Assembly (NCBI GenBank): GCA_964016885.1
Contig: OZ024741.1
Span: 66,712,001-66,776,000, forward strand
Direction: 5' to 3'
DNA from: Eledone cirrhosa
Lineage: Eukaryota
Length of the DNA stretch: 64,000 bases
Shown: piece by piece, positions 46,154-59,600 of the stretch
How the letters are laid out: each line of letters begins with the position of its first letter
How positions within the stretch are numbered: the stretch's first letter is position 1
Made by a program: the position numbers and the translations under genes
The notes under the pieces: model-generated
The model's database searches: none
Told to the model about the DNA's origin: nothing
Seen by the model: only the letters and a program-made list of their open reading frames with translations

Positions 46154-46211
46154 ATACCTGATGATATCACCGGATTCATATGGAACCCGGTCATTGAAAT
46201 AATCATAGTAT
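46154..46211 (+). ncRNA. Hammerhead, family copy 2 of 3
   Basis: Same as 26371 with one helix III change. Confidence 0.7.
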
Positions 46212-46411
46212 AATAAACTTTTCTACGATTTACACCAGTCCAGCCTCCTGTTATTTTATTTATAATAATTAACTCCGTACTAGCACCACCAACTACACAA
46301 ACAAAGATGGGTGAACTGCACTACGTTGAGTACTCTCCATAATATTACATCAAGATTGACCATACGGAATGACCAATTCTATCCAGTGGGGAACCAACAA
46401 ACCTAAATAAA

Positions 46412-46599
46412 TAATTGTTTCTACGTTAGGCACAAGTCCAGCAATTACCCAGTGCATTACTGGTACTTTATTTTATCGACCCCGTAAGGATGAAAGGCAA
46501 AGTTAACCTCGGCGGGATTTGAACTCAGAATGGCAAGGGCCGTAACTCTATACGTCAAAGCATGGCGTCCGACCCTCTACCAATACTGCCAATCCACCG
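46412..46599 (-). mobile_element. SINE, same family
   Basis: Full reverse-complement match. Confidence 0.8.
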
Positions 46600-46603
46600 T
46601 TTG

Positions 46604-47658
46604 TAATTATTTGTAAGTCCCAGTTAGTCCGGGTTATAAGTAGTGTGGTTCTTTGGTGGGTAGGGAGCTATGAATGGTGCATAGTGACCTGAGTAAGGAA
46701 TAATAAGCAGAAAATCACAAATAAAACCGGATACAAAGCAGGATACAAAGCAGGATACAAAGCAGGATACAAAGCAGGATACAAAGCAGGATACAAAGCA
46801 GGATACAAAGATAAAAATATAAAGATAAAGATAAAAAATAAATAAATAAATAAATAAAAAATACATTAATAAAAATACATTAATAAGGTAAAAAGTAAAA
46901 TACACAAATAAAAGGCCGTCATAGCTAGGGTAGTAATGTAGTAAGACGGAGGAAGTATATAAGAACATATCGGAGGAATCAAAGCAAAGGGGAAATACAA
47001 AATAGATCAAGTTGCAGTAAGATAATAGAAGGTTGTACATATAGATATAGAGGATAGAAGAGATGGAATGGTATCAGGTGGTACCTAGTGTAAAGTTCGG
47101 GTCTCCGAATTCAGTGTGAGTCACAAAAAAGTCCTGTAGTATAGAGTAGAGAATTCAGTCAATACAATACATGTTTTAGTATAATACGTAGAATTTTGTC
47201 GAAATCCGAATATTCCCGACAAGGAAGCAGCATTGGATAGGGTGGGCGGTAGATAAAGCACAGAGCAGCCAAAATCCGAATGGTAAGTAGATCAGTTAAT
47301 CCCATGCTGGCAATAGCTGTACACTGAAGTCAGTGCCGCTGTTCAATATTACATCTGAAAGTGCTCAACATTATCGGAGCATTATTTATTTAGGTTTGTA
47401 ATTATGTTATCCTGCTTTGTATCCTGCTTTGTATCCTGCTTTGTATCCTGCTTTGTATCGTGCTTTGTATCCTGCTTTGTATCCTGCTTTGTATCCTGCT
47501 TTGTATCCTGCTTTGTATCCTGCTTTGTATCCGGTTTTATTTGTGATTTTCTGCTTATTATTCCTTACTCAGGTCACTATGCACCATTCATAGCTCCCTA
47601 CCCACCAATGAACCACACTACTTATAACCCGGACTAACTGGGACTTACAAATAATTAT
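46604..47658. repeat. Inverted repeat whose arms end in a 12-bp minisatellite (CAGGATACAAAG)n
   Basis: 46604-46809 versus 47409-47658; unit number differs between the arms. Confidence 0.85.
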
Positions 47659-48523
47659 AGTCTTTTCATTGGGTTTTACCACTTTCGACCGGGCGCTCGG
47701 AAAGTTCAGCCTTCCTTGAATGCTTGGAAAAATAAATTTCCCCTCTTTGGGTAAACGAAACTACTCGGAGCGGGTCGATTTGCCCCGGGACCCGCTGCAC
47801 CGCCTGTTTTGACCGCCATATTATACTCATACCTATAAACTCTAGGCTTAGGCATAACTATTATCTGTATCATACCTCCCTCTACTGGCACGTAAATAAA
47901 CCCCTCCTGTGTGAATTAATAGTATTCGTTTGGTATAGACGATGGCCTGTAGAAGCTGGTAGACTTCCCGCTAGCACACCCGTAGCCTATCGCAGTTACG
48001 TTCCTAGAGTACTCGGAAAAATTAATTTCCATTTATTTCGTTAGACGATACCACTCGAAACTGGCTGACACGTGGTTAGGAGGTGCTGGCTGGAATTTAC
48101 AATGGAAGGCTTTTATCTTTACTCTATATCCCACCTTGATAACCTATCCAGATTCCCAATAATACACTTAAACTTCTCCATATAAGGCTCTCTCTGTAAT
48201 TTCATTAAATAAATCTCGCAACACAAACCTTTAATTTTCTATTAATTTTCTAATAATTTAATTTCATCCTATAACTCTTTTCTGTTCACACATATAGACC
48301 ATACAGACACCCACATATAGACCACACAGACACCCACATATAGACCACACAGACACCCACATATAGACCATACAGACACCCACATATAGACCATACAGAC
48401 ACCCACATATAGACCACACAGACACCCGTATATATGCCTTTGTTAAAACATAGCTTCTTTGGAATAACACTTTCGCGGCGTTTTCTAGCATGACTGTAGT
48501 GTGACCCTTACACTGACTTTTCT

Positions 48524-48580
<57 letters not shown>

Positions 48581-48736
48581 TCTTTTTATTCTCTGACGGA
48601 GAGATGGTCATTAGTGGACCGAGTTGCAATCACTTGAGGGCGACTGACCGAGGTGAAAGCAGCTAGTTGGTCAGTCGTCCTCTCTGTCTCTGATTTCGGA
48701 CCCATGGATTATATATATTCCTTTGTTATATTTCGA

Positions 48737-48794
48737 ATACCTGATGATATCACCGGATTCACACGGAACCCGGTCATTGAAATGATCATAGTAT
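48737..48794 (+). ncRNA. Hammerhead, family copy 3 of 3
   Basis: Same as 26371, with changes confined to the stem II loop. Confidence 0.75.
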
Positions 48795-48837
48795 AATAAA
48801 CTTTTCTACGATTTACACCAGTCCAGCCTCCTGTTAT

Positions 48838-48924
<87 letters not shown>

Positions 48925-48984
48925 AAATATATATATATAATATAAAACGAAAAATCAGTGATGCATCTGGATTCAATTTATTGT

Positions 48985-49072
48985 GTGTTACAATTGTTTC
49001 GCCGACAGACAGCTCGAGACACGATTATTGTATGGATCTGTCTGATTCTGGAACTGCAGGTTCGTCGGACAC
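48985..49072 (-). ncRNA. Hammerhead relic with extended stem II (U4C)
   Basis: GTGT-CCGACGA...CTGTCGGC-GAAA-CAATTG-TA-ACAC, then AATAAA. Confidence 0.55.
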
Positions 49073-49213
49073 TGGCAATAATTTCGGAACAAATTTTCTC
49101 AGTGGGGTGTTAGCGTCAACAAACCTTTCGTTTTATATTATATCACACTCTGCTCCGTAAGAACATAGAGTGCTCAACCGGCATACCACCTATGGAAGCA
49201 TTATAGCTACCAT

Positions 49214-49304
<91 letters not shown>

Positions 49305-49342
49305 ACACACACACACACACTCACACACACTCACACACACAC

Positions 49343-49390
<48 letters not shown>

Positions 49391-49657
49391 CTAAATTCAG
49401 ACTGAATTTAGTCTAGAAATAGCCGCCGAAATGGCTTGAGCTCTGCCGTCGGGGTCTTGAACATTTTCCTATTACACACTATACTACCCAAAGTATTGAG
49501 TACTCTGGTGCGTTATGGTCCACCTGGTTCCTTACCACACTTCCTTCGTTATATATATATATATATATATATATAGTTTTTTTATTTTTCACATGACAGG
49601 CTGAAAATTGGGGCCCAGAACCCAACGAAACTTGAGTACCTGTTTATGTTACTGTTG

Positions 49658-49704
<47 letters not shown>

Positions 49705-49843
49705 AGTGTAAGTTTCTACACAAAACGAAGGTTATAGAGAAAATTGAGGTTGGTAATGGCACATGGAATATATAAGAGACAGAATACTTTTTTGTGAAAA
49801 ACCATATCATTTTATAAGGTAAGGAAATAATAAAGGGTATAAA

Positions 49844-49891
49844 AAAATGACCGGTTTCGATGGGTCTGCAAAAGCCATCTTTTCAAATGTT
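49844..49891 (-). ncRNA. Hammerhead, U3-A8 variant, downstream of the GIY-YIG ORF on the same strand
   Basis: AACAT-TTGAAAA-GATGG..CCATC-GAAA-CCGG-TC-ATTTT; GUC site. Confidence 0.72.
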
Positions 49892-50235
49892 GATTAATAT
49901 TAAGAAAAATTAATAATAAGAAGTGTTAAAATTTGAGATTTGAAAATTGAAGTATAAAATTCAGTGTGAGTTTTCATCTTAGTAGCAGCAAGTTGACTGC
50001 TGTGTGCCTTTCTGGTAGTGAATGAGGAGTTATTTGGGGGAGTGGGTTATTTTATAAAGGTCAGATTTAGCAATGGCCAGATGGCCAGCTGCTGGTCAGT
50101 GAGGGGGTGGAAGCAATATACATACATATATCTCCCTGTGGTCGGTAGGAGAGGGGAGAGTGATAGAAAGGGATTTAGTGCACTTACACCTATATATACA
50201 CACATACCCTCATCCACACACACATACATATACAT

Positions 50236-50340
<105 letters not shown>

Positions 50341-50593
50341 CACACATACATACACACACACATACATATACATACACACAAACACACACACACACATATA
50401 CACATACACACACATATATATATACATACACATACATCCAGATACACACATACACACACATACATGCACATATATATATATATATGTACATACACATATA
50501 TACACATATATATATACACATATATACATATACACACACATACACACACATATATGCATACACACATACAAACACACACACACACACACATAT

Positions 50594-50634
<41 letters not shown>

Positions 50635-51084
50635 ACATACACATACATACATCCACATGCACACACATACACACACACACACACATACACATACATACAC
50701 CCACACACAGAGAAATGGCCTCCAAATATATATATATATACATACATACACATATATTTTTTCCATAATATAAGAAGTTAGGACAGTGAAATTAAAATAC
50801 AAGTCATTCTGATCACATTGAGTTCTTCATGTAGATTGGGCCCCGCAACCGACAGTGGTGAATTCTGTGTGCGCATATATATATATATAGATATATGTGT
50901 GTGCACGTGCAGGGTTTAACATGGATGTGTTGGTCACACAAAGGCATGGTCTGTCAACGAATAAACCTGATTCTACAGAATTGGTCTCTGGTCTTTAATA
51001 GTAGTGATAATTATATACATGCACACATACACACACATATATCTGTCACTCCGTGCGTATGTGTGTTTATATTTTATGACAATT

Positions 51085-51840
51085 CTATTGGGGTGATAAC
51101 CCGTTTAGTTTTGGTTTAAATTTGTTAAGGAATAGATTTTCTTTGTTTATTCTTTGTTGCTGTGTGAACGAATCTGAGCACTTGTAGAAGGGGACGATTT
51201 TAAAGTTGGGTAGTGTCATTCCTGCGCAGTTCGCAATATGGCTGCTCAAGGGGATTTCTCTTGTGTTAGCGTCCCGGATTTGTTGGCGGTGGATGGTCAT
51301 TCTTTTGCGTAATGAGGTGCCCGTCTGTCCTATGTAGTTGTGTTTGCACCCACCGCAAGTTATTGCGTAAATCAAGTTCTCCGAGTTGCAGATGAAATTG
51401 TTTTTTACTGTAAATGTTTGGCCATCTTTAAATATAAATTTTTGTCCTTCAGTGAGGTAGAGGCACGTTCCACAGTTTGTTCTACCACATTTGGTAACTG
51501 TAGGGTTGAGGATTGGTTTGGGTATATTTGGTCCAGTGAGAATGCGTTTTAGTGATTTGGGTTGTCTTTTACTTTTAAGGATCTTGTGTGTTTCAAGAAT
51601 AGACTTCATTTTTACATCTTTAAGTAGGATGGGGAGGTTTTTGTGTAGGTGATCAAACATTTCGGTATTTCTGGGGTTGAAAGTGGATACATATGGCAGG
51701 ATGTTGAGTGTGGTTTTCTGTTTTGGATTGTTAAGTTGATGGGGATTTAGGTGTTTTGCCCTGTCTATTCCATTGTTGATTATTTCAAGTGGAAAGGCTC
51801 TTAAGATAAGGGTGTCTTTTAGTTCCTTTAGTCTTTGATG
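51085..51840 (-). mobile_element. Penelope-like element (Neptune-type) ORF 3' part: RT thumb/linker, Cys motif and GIY-YIG endonuclease
   Basis: RLKELKDTLILRAFPLEII..LPYVSTFNP, CGRTNCGTC, LIYAITCGGCKHNYIGQT..RMTIHR, KPKLN. Confidence 0.9.
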
Positions 51841-52088
51841 GTCTTTATTCTCTCCCGTCTACGATTATATATATATATATATATTTAAAAATAAAAGGAA
51901 AACAGAAGCGGAGGACAATCCCTTCTTCAGTTGTCTGCTGGAGGTCACGGACATTTCAACGCATTAAAGACAATATGTCTAACATCTCCAGCAGACAACT
52001 GAAAAAGGGATTGTCCCCTGCTTGTGCTTTCCTTTTATTTTCAAATACACTTCATCAAGTAACCCCACAACTCCCTGTTTCTCCCCAA

Positions 52089-52151
<63 letters not shown>

Positions 52152-52806
52152 TATGAAAACATGGCGTGCAGCGTGGTTGAAAATGGGTTATATATGAATA
52201 AATTTAGTCCTTCATCAGTGATCTGCCAACCTTCATTGGTATTTCATCGCTTTAAATACCATATACCTCCGGTTGGTGCGAGCAACGGCTAAAGAAAGTC
52301 GTTGGGACACGTAAATAAGGGGAACGAGCGAGACTGTAAACAATCAAAGATGGTAATGCAACGAAAAGTGAGGAAGAAGGAGTCAAGTCCCTGAAATCGA
52401 TGAACATAAGTTCTGCGAAATCGTAGACGGGAGAGAATAAAGACCATCAAACCTGGTCGAAATGTGAGCAAGGAAAGAATTTCGCACAGGTCAAACGGGA
52501 GGAAGTAGGAGAGGGAGTAGCAGAGACTGAGTGAGTGAAAGGTGAGGAAGAGGTTAACAGAGAGAGTGACTGTTAGAGGGGGTAAAGGGAAGTGAGAGAT
52601 ACAGAGAAAAGAGGAAGCAGTAAGAAAGAAACAGACGGGTCACAGCGGAGGAAAATATATATATTTGAATATGAAAACATGGCGTGCTGCATGGTTGCAA
52701 ATGGGTTACATATGAATAAATTTAGTCCTTCATCAGTGATCTGCCAACCTTCATTGGTATTTCATCGCTTTAAAGACCATATACCTCCGGTTGGTGCGAG
52801 CAACAG

Positions 52807-52837
<31 letters not shown>

Positions 52838-52964
52838 TATCCCGGGGTCAGTCGGGGGTAACCACAGTAAGTAAGGTACTCAATACGTAGCAGAGTATAG
52901 ATATTTAATATAGAAATGGCTTCTACAGGACTAGAACTGTTTCATTCGGAAGAAATCATCACCA

Positions 52965-53100
<136 letters not shown>

Positions 53101-53105
53101 CATAT

Positions 53106-54585
53106 CTTCTTCTTCGCCCACTCATTCCTGGGAGAGTCGCTGGGGAAAAGTCATCAAACACTCCTTCCAGAGAGTCCTGTCTAATCGGGCAGTGTCTCAA
53201 AGTGAGACCAGCCAACCTCATGTATGTTATCCGAGCATCGTGCTCGTGGTATACCCTTGGGTCTCCTGCTGGTCGGTTTTGTCCGCAAAAATATGTCCAG
53301 CGATTCTTTCCTAAGATATTCTAACCACATGCCCATAATATCGGAGCTGTGACCTTTCAATTCGGAGAAGTAGCGGCTCTATCTGAAGTGACTCTACCGA
53401 GTAACGTTACATCAAAGCCTCTTCAGAGGAACCCTATATCGGCCGCTTGTATTCACGATCGTATTCTTTCTGCTATTATCTAAGATTCATGACCATAGGT
53501 AAGTGTTGGCACAAATACCGAATTGAGGATAGCGAGTTAAATCTACCTCCAATGTTCTGATTGCCGAATGCCGAATATGGTACATTACTGCAACAGCTCC
53601 TGCAGTTCTTTCACTTAATTCAGCTTCTTGTCTTTCATCACTCGTGAACACAATTCCGAGATACTTGAACTGCCTGCTTCAATGGAACTTCATTCACATG
53701 TAGAGTGTACTGCGCTGGCTTTCATGAGAGGAAGAGTGTCTCAGTTTTCTCAGAACTGATTTTCATTCCAGCCATGCAGCACTCGACCTAAACCCTATCA
53801 AATGCACGTTGGAGATCACATTCTGTCTGTAACATCCAGCTGATTGATTTTACACCTGCCAGTCGTGATACCACTTCCAACCCGGCTACGCATGTCAATC
53901 CTATTCATGTAAATAATGAACAGAAGAGATTAAAGTATGATCCCATGGCAGAGTCCGATTCCCACATTGAATGGTTTCGATTTAGAACCATTTATCCCAA
54001 CACAACTACTTGGGCTTTCATATAGAGACATCAGGGTAGCAAGAAGCTGACCAACGATCCTATACTCCTACAAAACCTTCCACAGCTGATCACTAGGTAC
54101 GCGGTCATGTCTTTTCGAAGTTTACAAAACAAGTATACACCTCTAGGCGGTACTCTAACGATTTCTTGAAGACCTGCCACAGTGTGAATATTTGGTTGGC
54201 TGTGCTGCGTCCGGAGCGAAAACCGCACTGTTCATCAGCTAGCTTGTATTCGACAATATCCCCTAAATCACTTTTCCAGACACTTAGCATATATTTTACC
54301 ACAGAGGCTTCACAAAGCGATCCTTCTTTTTTGAAAATTGGGACTATAAATCCTGATTGCCATTGCCTAAGTGCCTTTCCAGAGATCCAGGCCACCCAGC
54401 ATATACAAATCAGCCAGGGAATACCTTCTGTATTTTAGGCTTTTAACATCTCAGACCGAATTTCATCTTCGCTAGCGGCCTGGCCACATTTGAGCCCTTT
54501 AACAGCTCTTGTGACCTCAGCCTCCGATAATTTAGTCGCAGATCCTAGATGCACATCGTGTACACCAGAAGATGCTGTTGTGATC
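53106..54585 (-). mobile_element. Decayed RTE-group LINE RT region
   Basis: WQSGFIVPIFKK, EQCGFRSGRSTANQIFTL, FKYLGI; GAAGAAGAAG tail; many stops and deletions. Confidence 0.82.
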
Positions 54586-54730
54586 GAGGAAAATAGGTAA
54601 AACTATAATTTTTTCGTTTTGTTTCGTTACGAAAACAAAAGTACTTTTCTTCGGCAGTGAGGCTACCAATATGTTTATTGTATATGAGCGTATGATATAG
54701 GATTATATATCTATTCATATAGACCTATAA

Positions 54731-54770
<40 letters not shown>
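54731..54770 (+). repeat. (TATC)10 microsatellite at the 5' flank of copy A
   Basis: Read directly from sequence. Confidence 0.95.
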
Positions 54771-54773
<3 letters not shown>

Positions 54774-54782
54774 TTTTTTTAA

Positions 54783-56576
54783 ATGGCCGAAGCTTCTTCA
54801 CCAAAATTCGAAGGAGGAAAGGGGAAGATGAACTTACAGCTTCCCCCTGTCACTGTCACAGTAGCAGAGGTCAAGAAGAAAGGTCAGCCAGAGGAAGAAT
54901 TCTCTCCACCTGTTAACCGACAACTTGACGTTGCCATGGCAACAACCCAAAGAACCAGCAGCAACAGCAACAACAACAACAACAATGCGACGGACGAAAA
55001 CAACACCAATAACAATAACAATAACAACAACAACAAGACCAATAACGGTGACAACAACAACAATGATAACAACAACACCACCAACGACAACAACAACACA
55101 AACAAACAAAATTTCTCCTTCGCCGAGACGACAAGGAAAACCCTCGACTATCTGCCAGTAGATATAACAAAAGCGAAGGAGCTACTGGCGGATGCGAAAA
55201 AATATATTGTGTACGGAGAAAATGGTTCATTCACAATCCATTCCCCCCCGGAACTAAAAAGCCAGAGACTCCTAAACACGGTCATGTTTAGGACAATCTC
55301 GAACAAAAGTAAAAAAACAGCTCAACCATCACAGAGCGAGATAGAGCTGGTTTTAAAAGACGTCATGAAGGACATCACCTTCATTCAGAAGGATAGACTC
55401 TACGGGAGTCTATCCATTCTCATGAAGGACAGGGACACAGCAGTGAAACTGTCCATCAAACCAATCACATCCACCGCATACACCTTCTACCCTACGTACA
55501 TGGGTAGAAGAACACAAAAAATAAAAATCCACACCATCCTGCCGATTATGGACATATGGTGGGTTTTGACAGGTTTTCTGGACCTGGAGGATGACATGCT
55601 GGTGTCCATGGGAAAGGCATCGGGTGACGCGTTCAGTGGAACGAGCCTTGAACTTGTAGTTCAAATGAGGCCCGAAAGGATCGCCCAGATCCCTGAACGC
55701 GTCATACTGGATGATCTAACCTTCATCAACATTACCGTTGAGGGTAGACGGCCCTCGTGTTACCTCTGCGGAACCAGAGGTCACCTGAGGGCTGTCTGTC
55801 CCCAACTTAATAAGAAAACCCCAATCCTGCCTACACCACCAACAACTGTACAACCAACACAATCACCACAACTACCACTACAAAAACAACCACCACAGCT
55901 CAAACCAAAACAAAACAATGTCCAACCCATCCCCTCCACTCAAAAAACAAAAACAATTTCCAAAACACCCGTACCGCAAACACAACCCGAAAATATACCC
56001 CTCCCCTCCAACGCGGAAGATGACCCTAGTTCGTCGTCAGACGAGGAGGAGCACTTCCACACAATCAAAAGAAAAAAAAGAAAACACACCTCAGACACAC
56101 AAATGAAAAAAAACCCTCCCCAAAACATAACACAGACACCAACACAAAAGAGCTCACAAAAGCAAACAAAAAACACCACACAAAAACAAAAACATGCATA
56201 CACATACATAAATACAAGAAACAAAAAACTGTTAAACATTGTGTACAACAACAATCTAATAAAAACACAAGGGCCTAACTTCACCCAGGCAGGGGATTTC
56301 CCCCACCTCAAAATGATTAAGGCCCCACAGGACACCTATAAAACTTTAAAAAACAATTTTAAAGAGGACGTGGGTCCCCCCTGCGTCGGGCCCATTAACC
56401 GCGTCCTCCTAAAAAACTATCCCACCCCCTCCCCAAACACCCTCACAACTCCAAGCTCCCCAACCACACAACACACTGATGCCCCCACACTTCCACAAAC
56501 CACCACCCCACCCAACAACCCATCCCCCACCCTAATAGAAATTGTGCAGCCCGATACCCGGGACGCAGAGAGGTAA
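54783..56576 (+). CDS. Tx1-like ORF1 nucleic-acid-binding protein, 597 aa
   Basis: Poly-Asn N-terminus, CX2CX4HX4C knuckle CYLCGTRGHLRAVC (55758-55799), Pro/Gln/Thr linker, acidic plus KRKKRK patch; clear paralogue at 61026-62519. Confidence 0.9.
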   Translation: MAEASSPKFEGGKGKMNLQLPPVTVTVAEVKKKGQPEEEFSPPVNRQLDVAMATTQRTSSNSNNNNNNATDENNTNNNNNNNNNKTNNGDNNNNDNNNTTNDNNNTNKQNFSFAETTRKTLDYLPVDITKAKELLADAKKYIVYGENGSFTIHSPPELKSQRLLNTVMFRTISNKSKKTAQPSQSEIELVLKDVMKDITFIQKDRLYGSLSILMKDRDTAVKLSIKPITSTAYTFYPTYMGRRTQKIKIHTILPIMDIWWVLTGFLDLEDDMLVSMGKASGDAFSGTSLELVVQMRPERIAQIPERVILDDLTFINITVEGRRPSCYLCGTRGHLRAVCPQLNKKTPILPTPPTTVQPTQSPQLPLQKQPPQLKPKQNNVQPIPSTQKTKTISKTPVPQTQPENIPLPSNAEDDPSSSSDEEEHFHTIKRKKRKHTSDTQMKKNPPQNITQTPTQKSSQKQTKNTTQKQKHAYTYINTRNKKLLNIVYNNNLIKTQGPNFTQAGDFPHLKMIKAPQDTYKTLKNNFKEDVGPPCVGPINRVLLKNYPTPSPNTLTTPSSPTTQHTDAPTLPQTTTPPNNPSPTLIEIVQPDTRDAER

Positions 56577-56600
56577 GTGCCTTTTCTCTTCACCACCAAC

Positions 56601-59600
56601 ATGGCTATGCTAAGAGTAGGCTGTTTAAATGCGCGTGGCCTGGGCTCAACTTGGAAGCAAGCAATGCTTCTAAATGACCTCAGGTCACAACGTATAGATG
56701 TGATGGTTATTTGCGAGGCCCGGATCAGCAACGTGCGACAGCTGGCCCCCACCTTTGATGACTTTGAGATGCACGCATCTCTCTGTCAGCCCGGAGGTGG
56801 GGGTGGAGTTGTCGTTCTGCTGCAAAAACATCTGGGTCTCGCAACACAGATGGTACATTTGGACCCGGAGGGTCGACTAGTGGTTCTGGACCTTGGCAGT
56901 GGTAAAGGCGGAGCGTTTAGGTTGGTAGCCGCCTACGGCCCTTTCGGGTCAATGCGGCCGGACTTCTTCCATCGTCTGGAGACTTTTCTAGGGACGTCCC
57001 GCTCCTTGCTATTAGTGGGGGACTGGAATGGTATCCTAGATGCACGCTGGGACTACGTAGGGGCCTGCCCCGATAGAGAGGGGTGTAATAGCCTCAAAGG
57101 GTTAATCGGTCGATTTGACCTGGCCGATAGATATCGACTAGATTTTCCGACTGCGCCAACCTGGACTTGGGCAAATCGTAGCGGATCATCTAGGTCGTAC
57201 CTAGATAGGTTCTTAGTTAGAATTAAGGATAAGGACTTTTTAAGTTGTCCAAAAATGCGCATTGTTGGCTATTCAGACCACAAATTAGTGACCTGCATGG
57301 TCAACCTTGACAGAACTCATAGACAGGGCCCCGGTTACTGGAAGCTCAACTTGTCCTTGCCGGCAAGTAGAGCCTACAGGAATCGGATTAGTACGTTAGT
57401 TAAGGAACGGTTGACTGGGGCGATCGTCAACAGCAGGTGGTGGGTATCTCTAAAGAGAGAGATTAGAGTAGTCTCGATAGAATTTAGTAAGGTTCTAGCT
57501 GCGGATAGGAATAGGAAGGAAAGGGAGCTAATAGATAGAGTAGAAGAGGCAATTAGAAGCGGCGACGTGGCCAGAGTGCTAGCGTCGAGAACGGCTTTGA
57601 GCCAGTATTTCGACGCGAAGCACGAAGGCTGCGTTGTCCGAAGTAAAATACGTGCTCTAGGGAACGAGGGGACCAAAGTTGTTAGCTGGGCCCGCGTGAC
57701 AGAGGCCAACAGTGGAACTAAATCCACCATCCGGTCTTTGCGAGACCTGGATGGACGGGCGATTCTTGAGCCTAAGCAGATGTGTGAGGCCTTTCAAAGG
57801 CACTTTGCCCGACTGTTCGGGAGGGGCGGGGAGCCGGTTGGGAACGTGGACTTCGGTCCATACCTCGACGGCCTGCCGCGCCTCTCGGACAGGGAGGCGA
57901 AGTCCTGCGAGGAGCCGATTTCGGCCGCTGAGATAGAGGACGTGCTGAGCCAATGCGGCAAACGCAAATCCCCGGGTCTCGATGGTCTTCCTTACGAATT
58001 ATATCTAGCTATGCCGGACTTGTTCCCCGATCTCCTCGAGGCGGTCTACTGCAACTGGCAACAGAACGGGAGAATTCCCTGTACTGTGACCAAGGGCGTA
58101 GTCACGCTAGTGAGGAAGGACGAGAACAAGGGGGACGAAATAAGTAACTTCAGGCCCATAACTCTGCTAAATACAGAGTTACAGATTTTGGCCAAGGTGC
58201 TAGCAAAGAGGTTGGCGCTTGTCGTGGGCAACCTGGTGGGAGATGCGCAGACATGCGCTATCCCGTCCAGGTCCATCCATGACAACCTCCACCTCATGCG
58301 ATACATCATAGAGAGGGTTGGGAACGAACCCGGCTTTGGTGGGGCTCTGATCAACTTGGATCAATCTAAGGCGTTCGATAGGGTCGACCATGGTTACCTG
58401 GATGCGGTGCTAGCGGCGGCAGGCTTCGGACCCGTTTTCAGGGGCTGGATCACTGCTATGCACAGCAGCCGCATCTGCTCTAGGGTCAAGGTGAACGGCT
58501 ACCTCTCGGAGCCGTTCAAAATCGCGCGGTCCATCCGACAAGGGTGCCCTCTCTCCTCCCTTCTGTATGTGTTGACTCTCGAGCCACTACTGCGGAAGTT
58601 GGAGTTGTTGCAGGGCATCCCTTTGGAACCGGGATTGTGGAAAGCGGTGTCGGCCTACGCCGATGACGTGACAGTAATGGTGTCGACGGCCTCCGAAATC
58701 GAGGCGGTCGGCACCTTACTGGAGGAGTACGAAAAGTTCACAGGGGCTAAGCTGAACCGGGACAAGTCGATCGGTTTGCAACTCGGCACGTGGAGGGGCA
58801 GACCGATGCCCTCCGATAGCGTCGTCGGACGCTGGACGGAGGGCCCGGTGAAGTTGCTCGGGGTCTGGTTCGGACCGGACCTCCAGGTGGAGAAAAACTG
58901 GGCGGAGGTTACGAACAGGGTGTTTGCACTGACCCAGAAGTGGGCCAGTTGCAAACTATCCCTGAAAGGTCGGGCGGAGGTGGCGAACACCTACATAGCG
59001 TCCGTCATCTACTACCGCCTGACCGTAGTGCCCTGCCCAAGGGAAACCCTCACCAAGATGGAGCGCGCGCTCTTCCAATTCCTTTGGAAGAGGCGGGCTC
59101 CTATGGTGAGGAGATCCATCTGCTGTCAACACCCTTCGAAAGGAGGGCTGGGGATGCCGTGGCTAATGATGCGTAAACACGCATTAAGGCTACGGCACCT
59201 CTACGTATTCCTCACCGGACAACCGGTGTGGGCCTCGTTTGTGAGACGAACCTTTCCCAGACTCGTCTCACTCACCGAGCTGCAATCCTGGGTCAAGCAA
59301 AGACCGAGAAAACTGGGCGCCTGGCACACTGAGTGTGCCCAGGCGCTCACCGCCCTCTGGCAGGCGGATCCGGTTATCAGTGGAGACTCCACCGCAACAT
59401 TCTATAGAGGGCTGGTACGCAGCAGGTGCGACGACGCCCTCGGAGAAGCCCTAGACATGGAGGAGGACGAACTGGCCAGCCTGTTCGGTAGGACATTCAG
59501 CCCGGGACCTATGGACAACTTCCAGAAGTCCCTGGCCTGGCAGTGCTACCGAGGGGCTTTACCCGTTCGAGAAAGGCTCTACAGACACGGGCGCCCGGGT

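Noticed and set aside
46728-47530. 12-bp repeats, and 22-bp repeats at 48292-48428, as a CRISPR-like array
   Set aside because: Contiguous tandem units with no unique spacers, in a eukaryotic context
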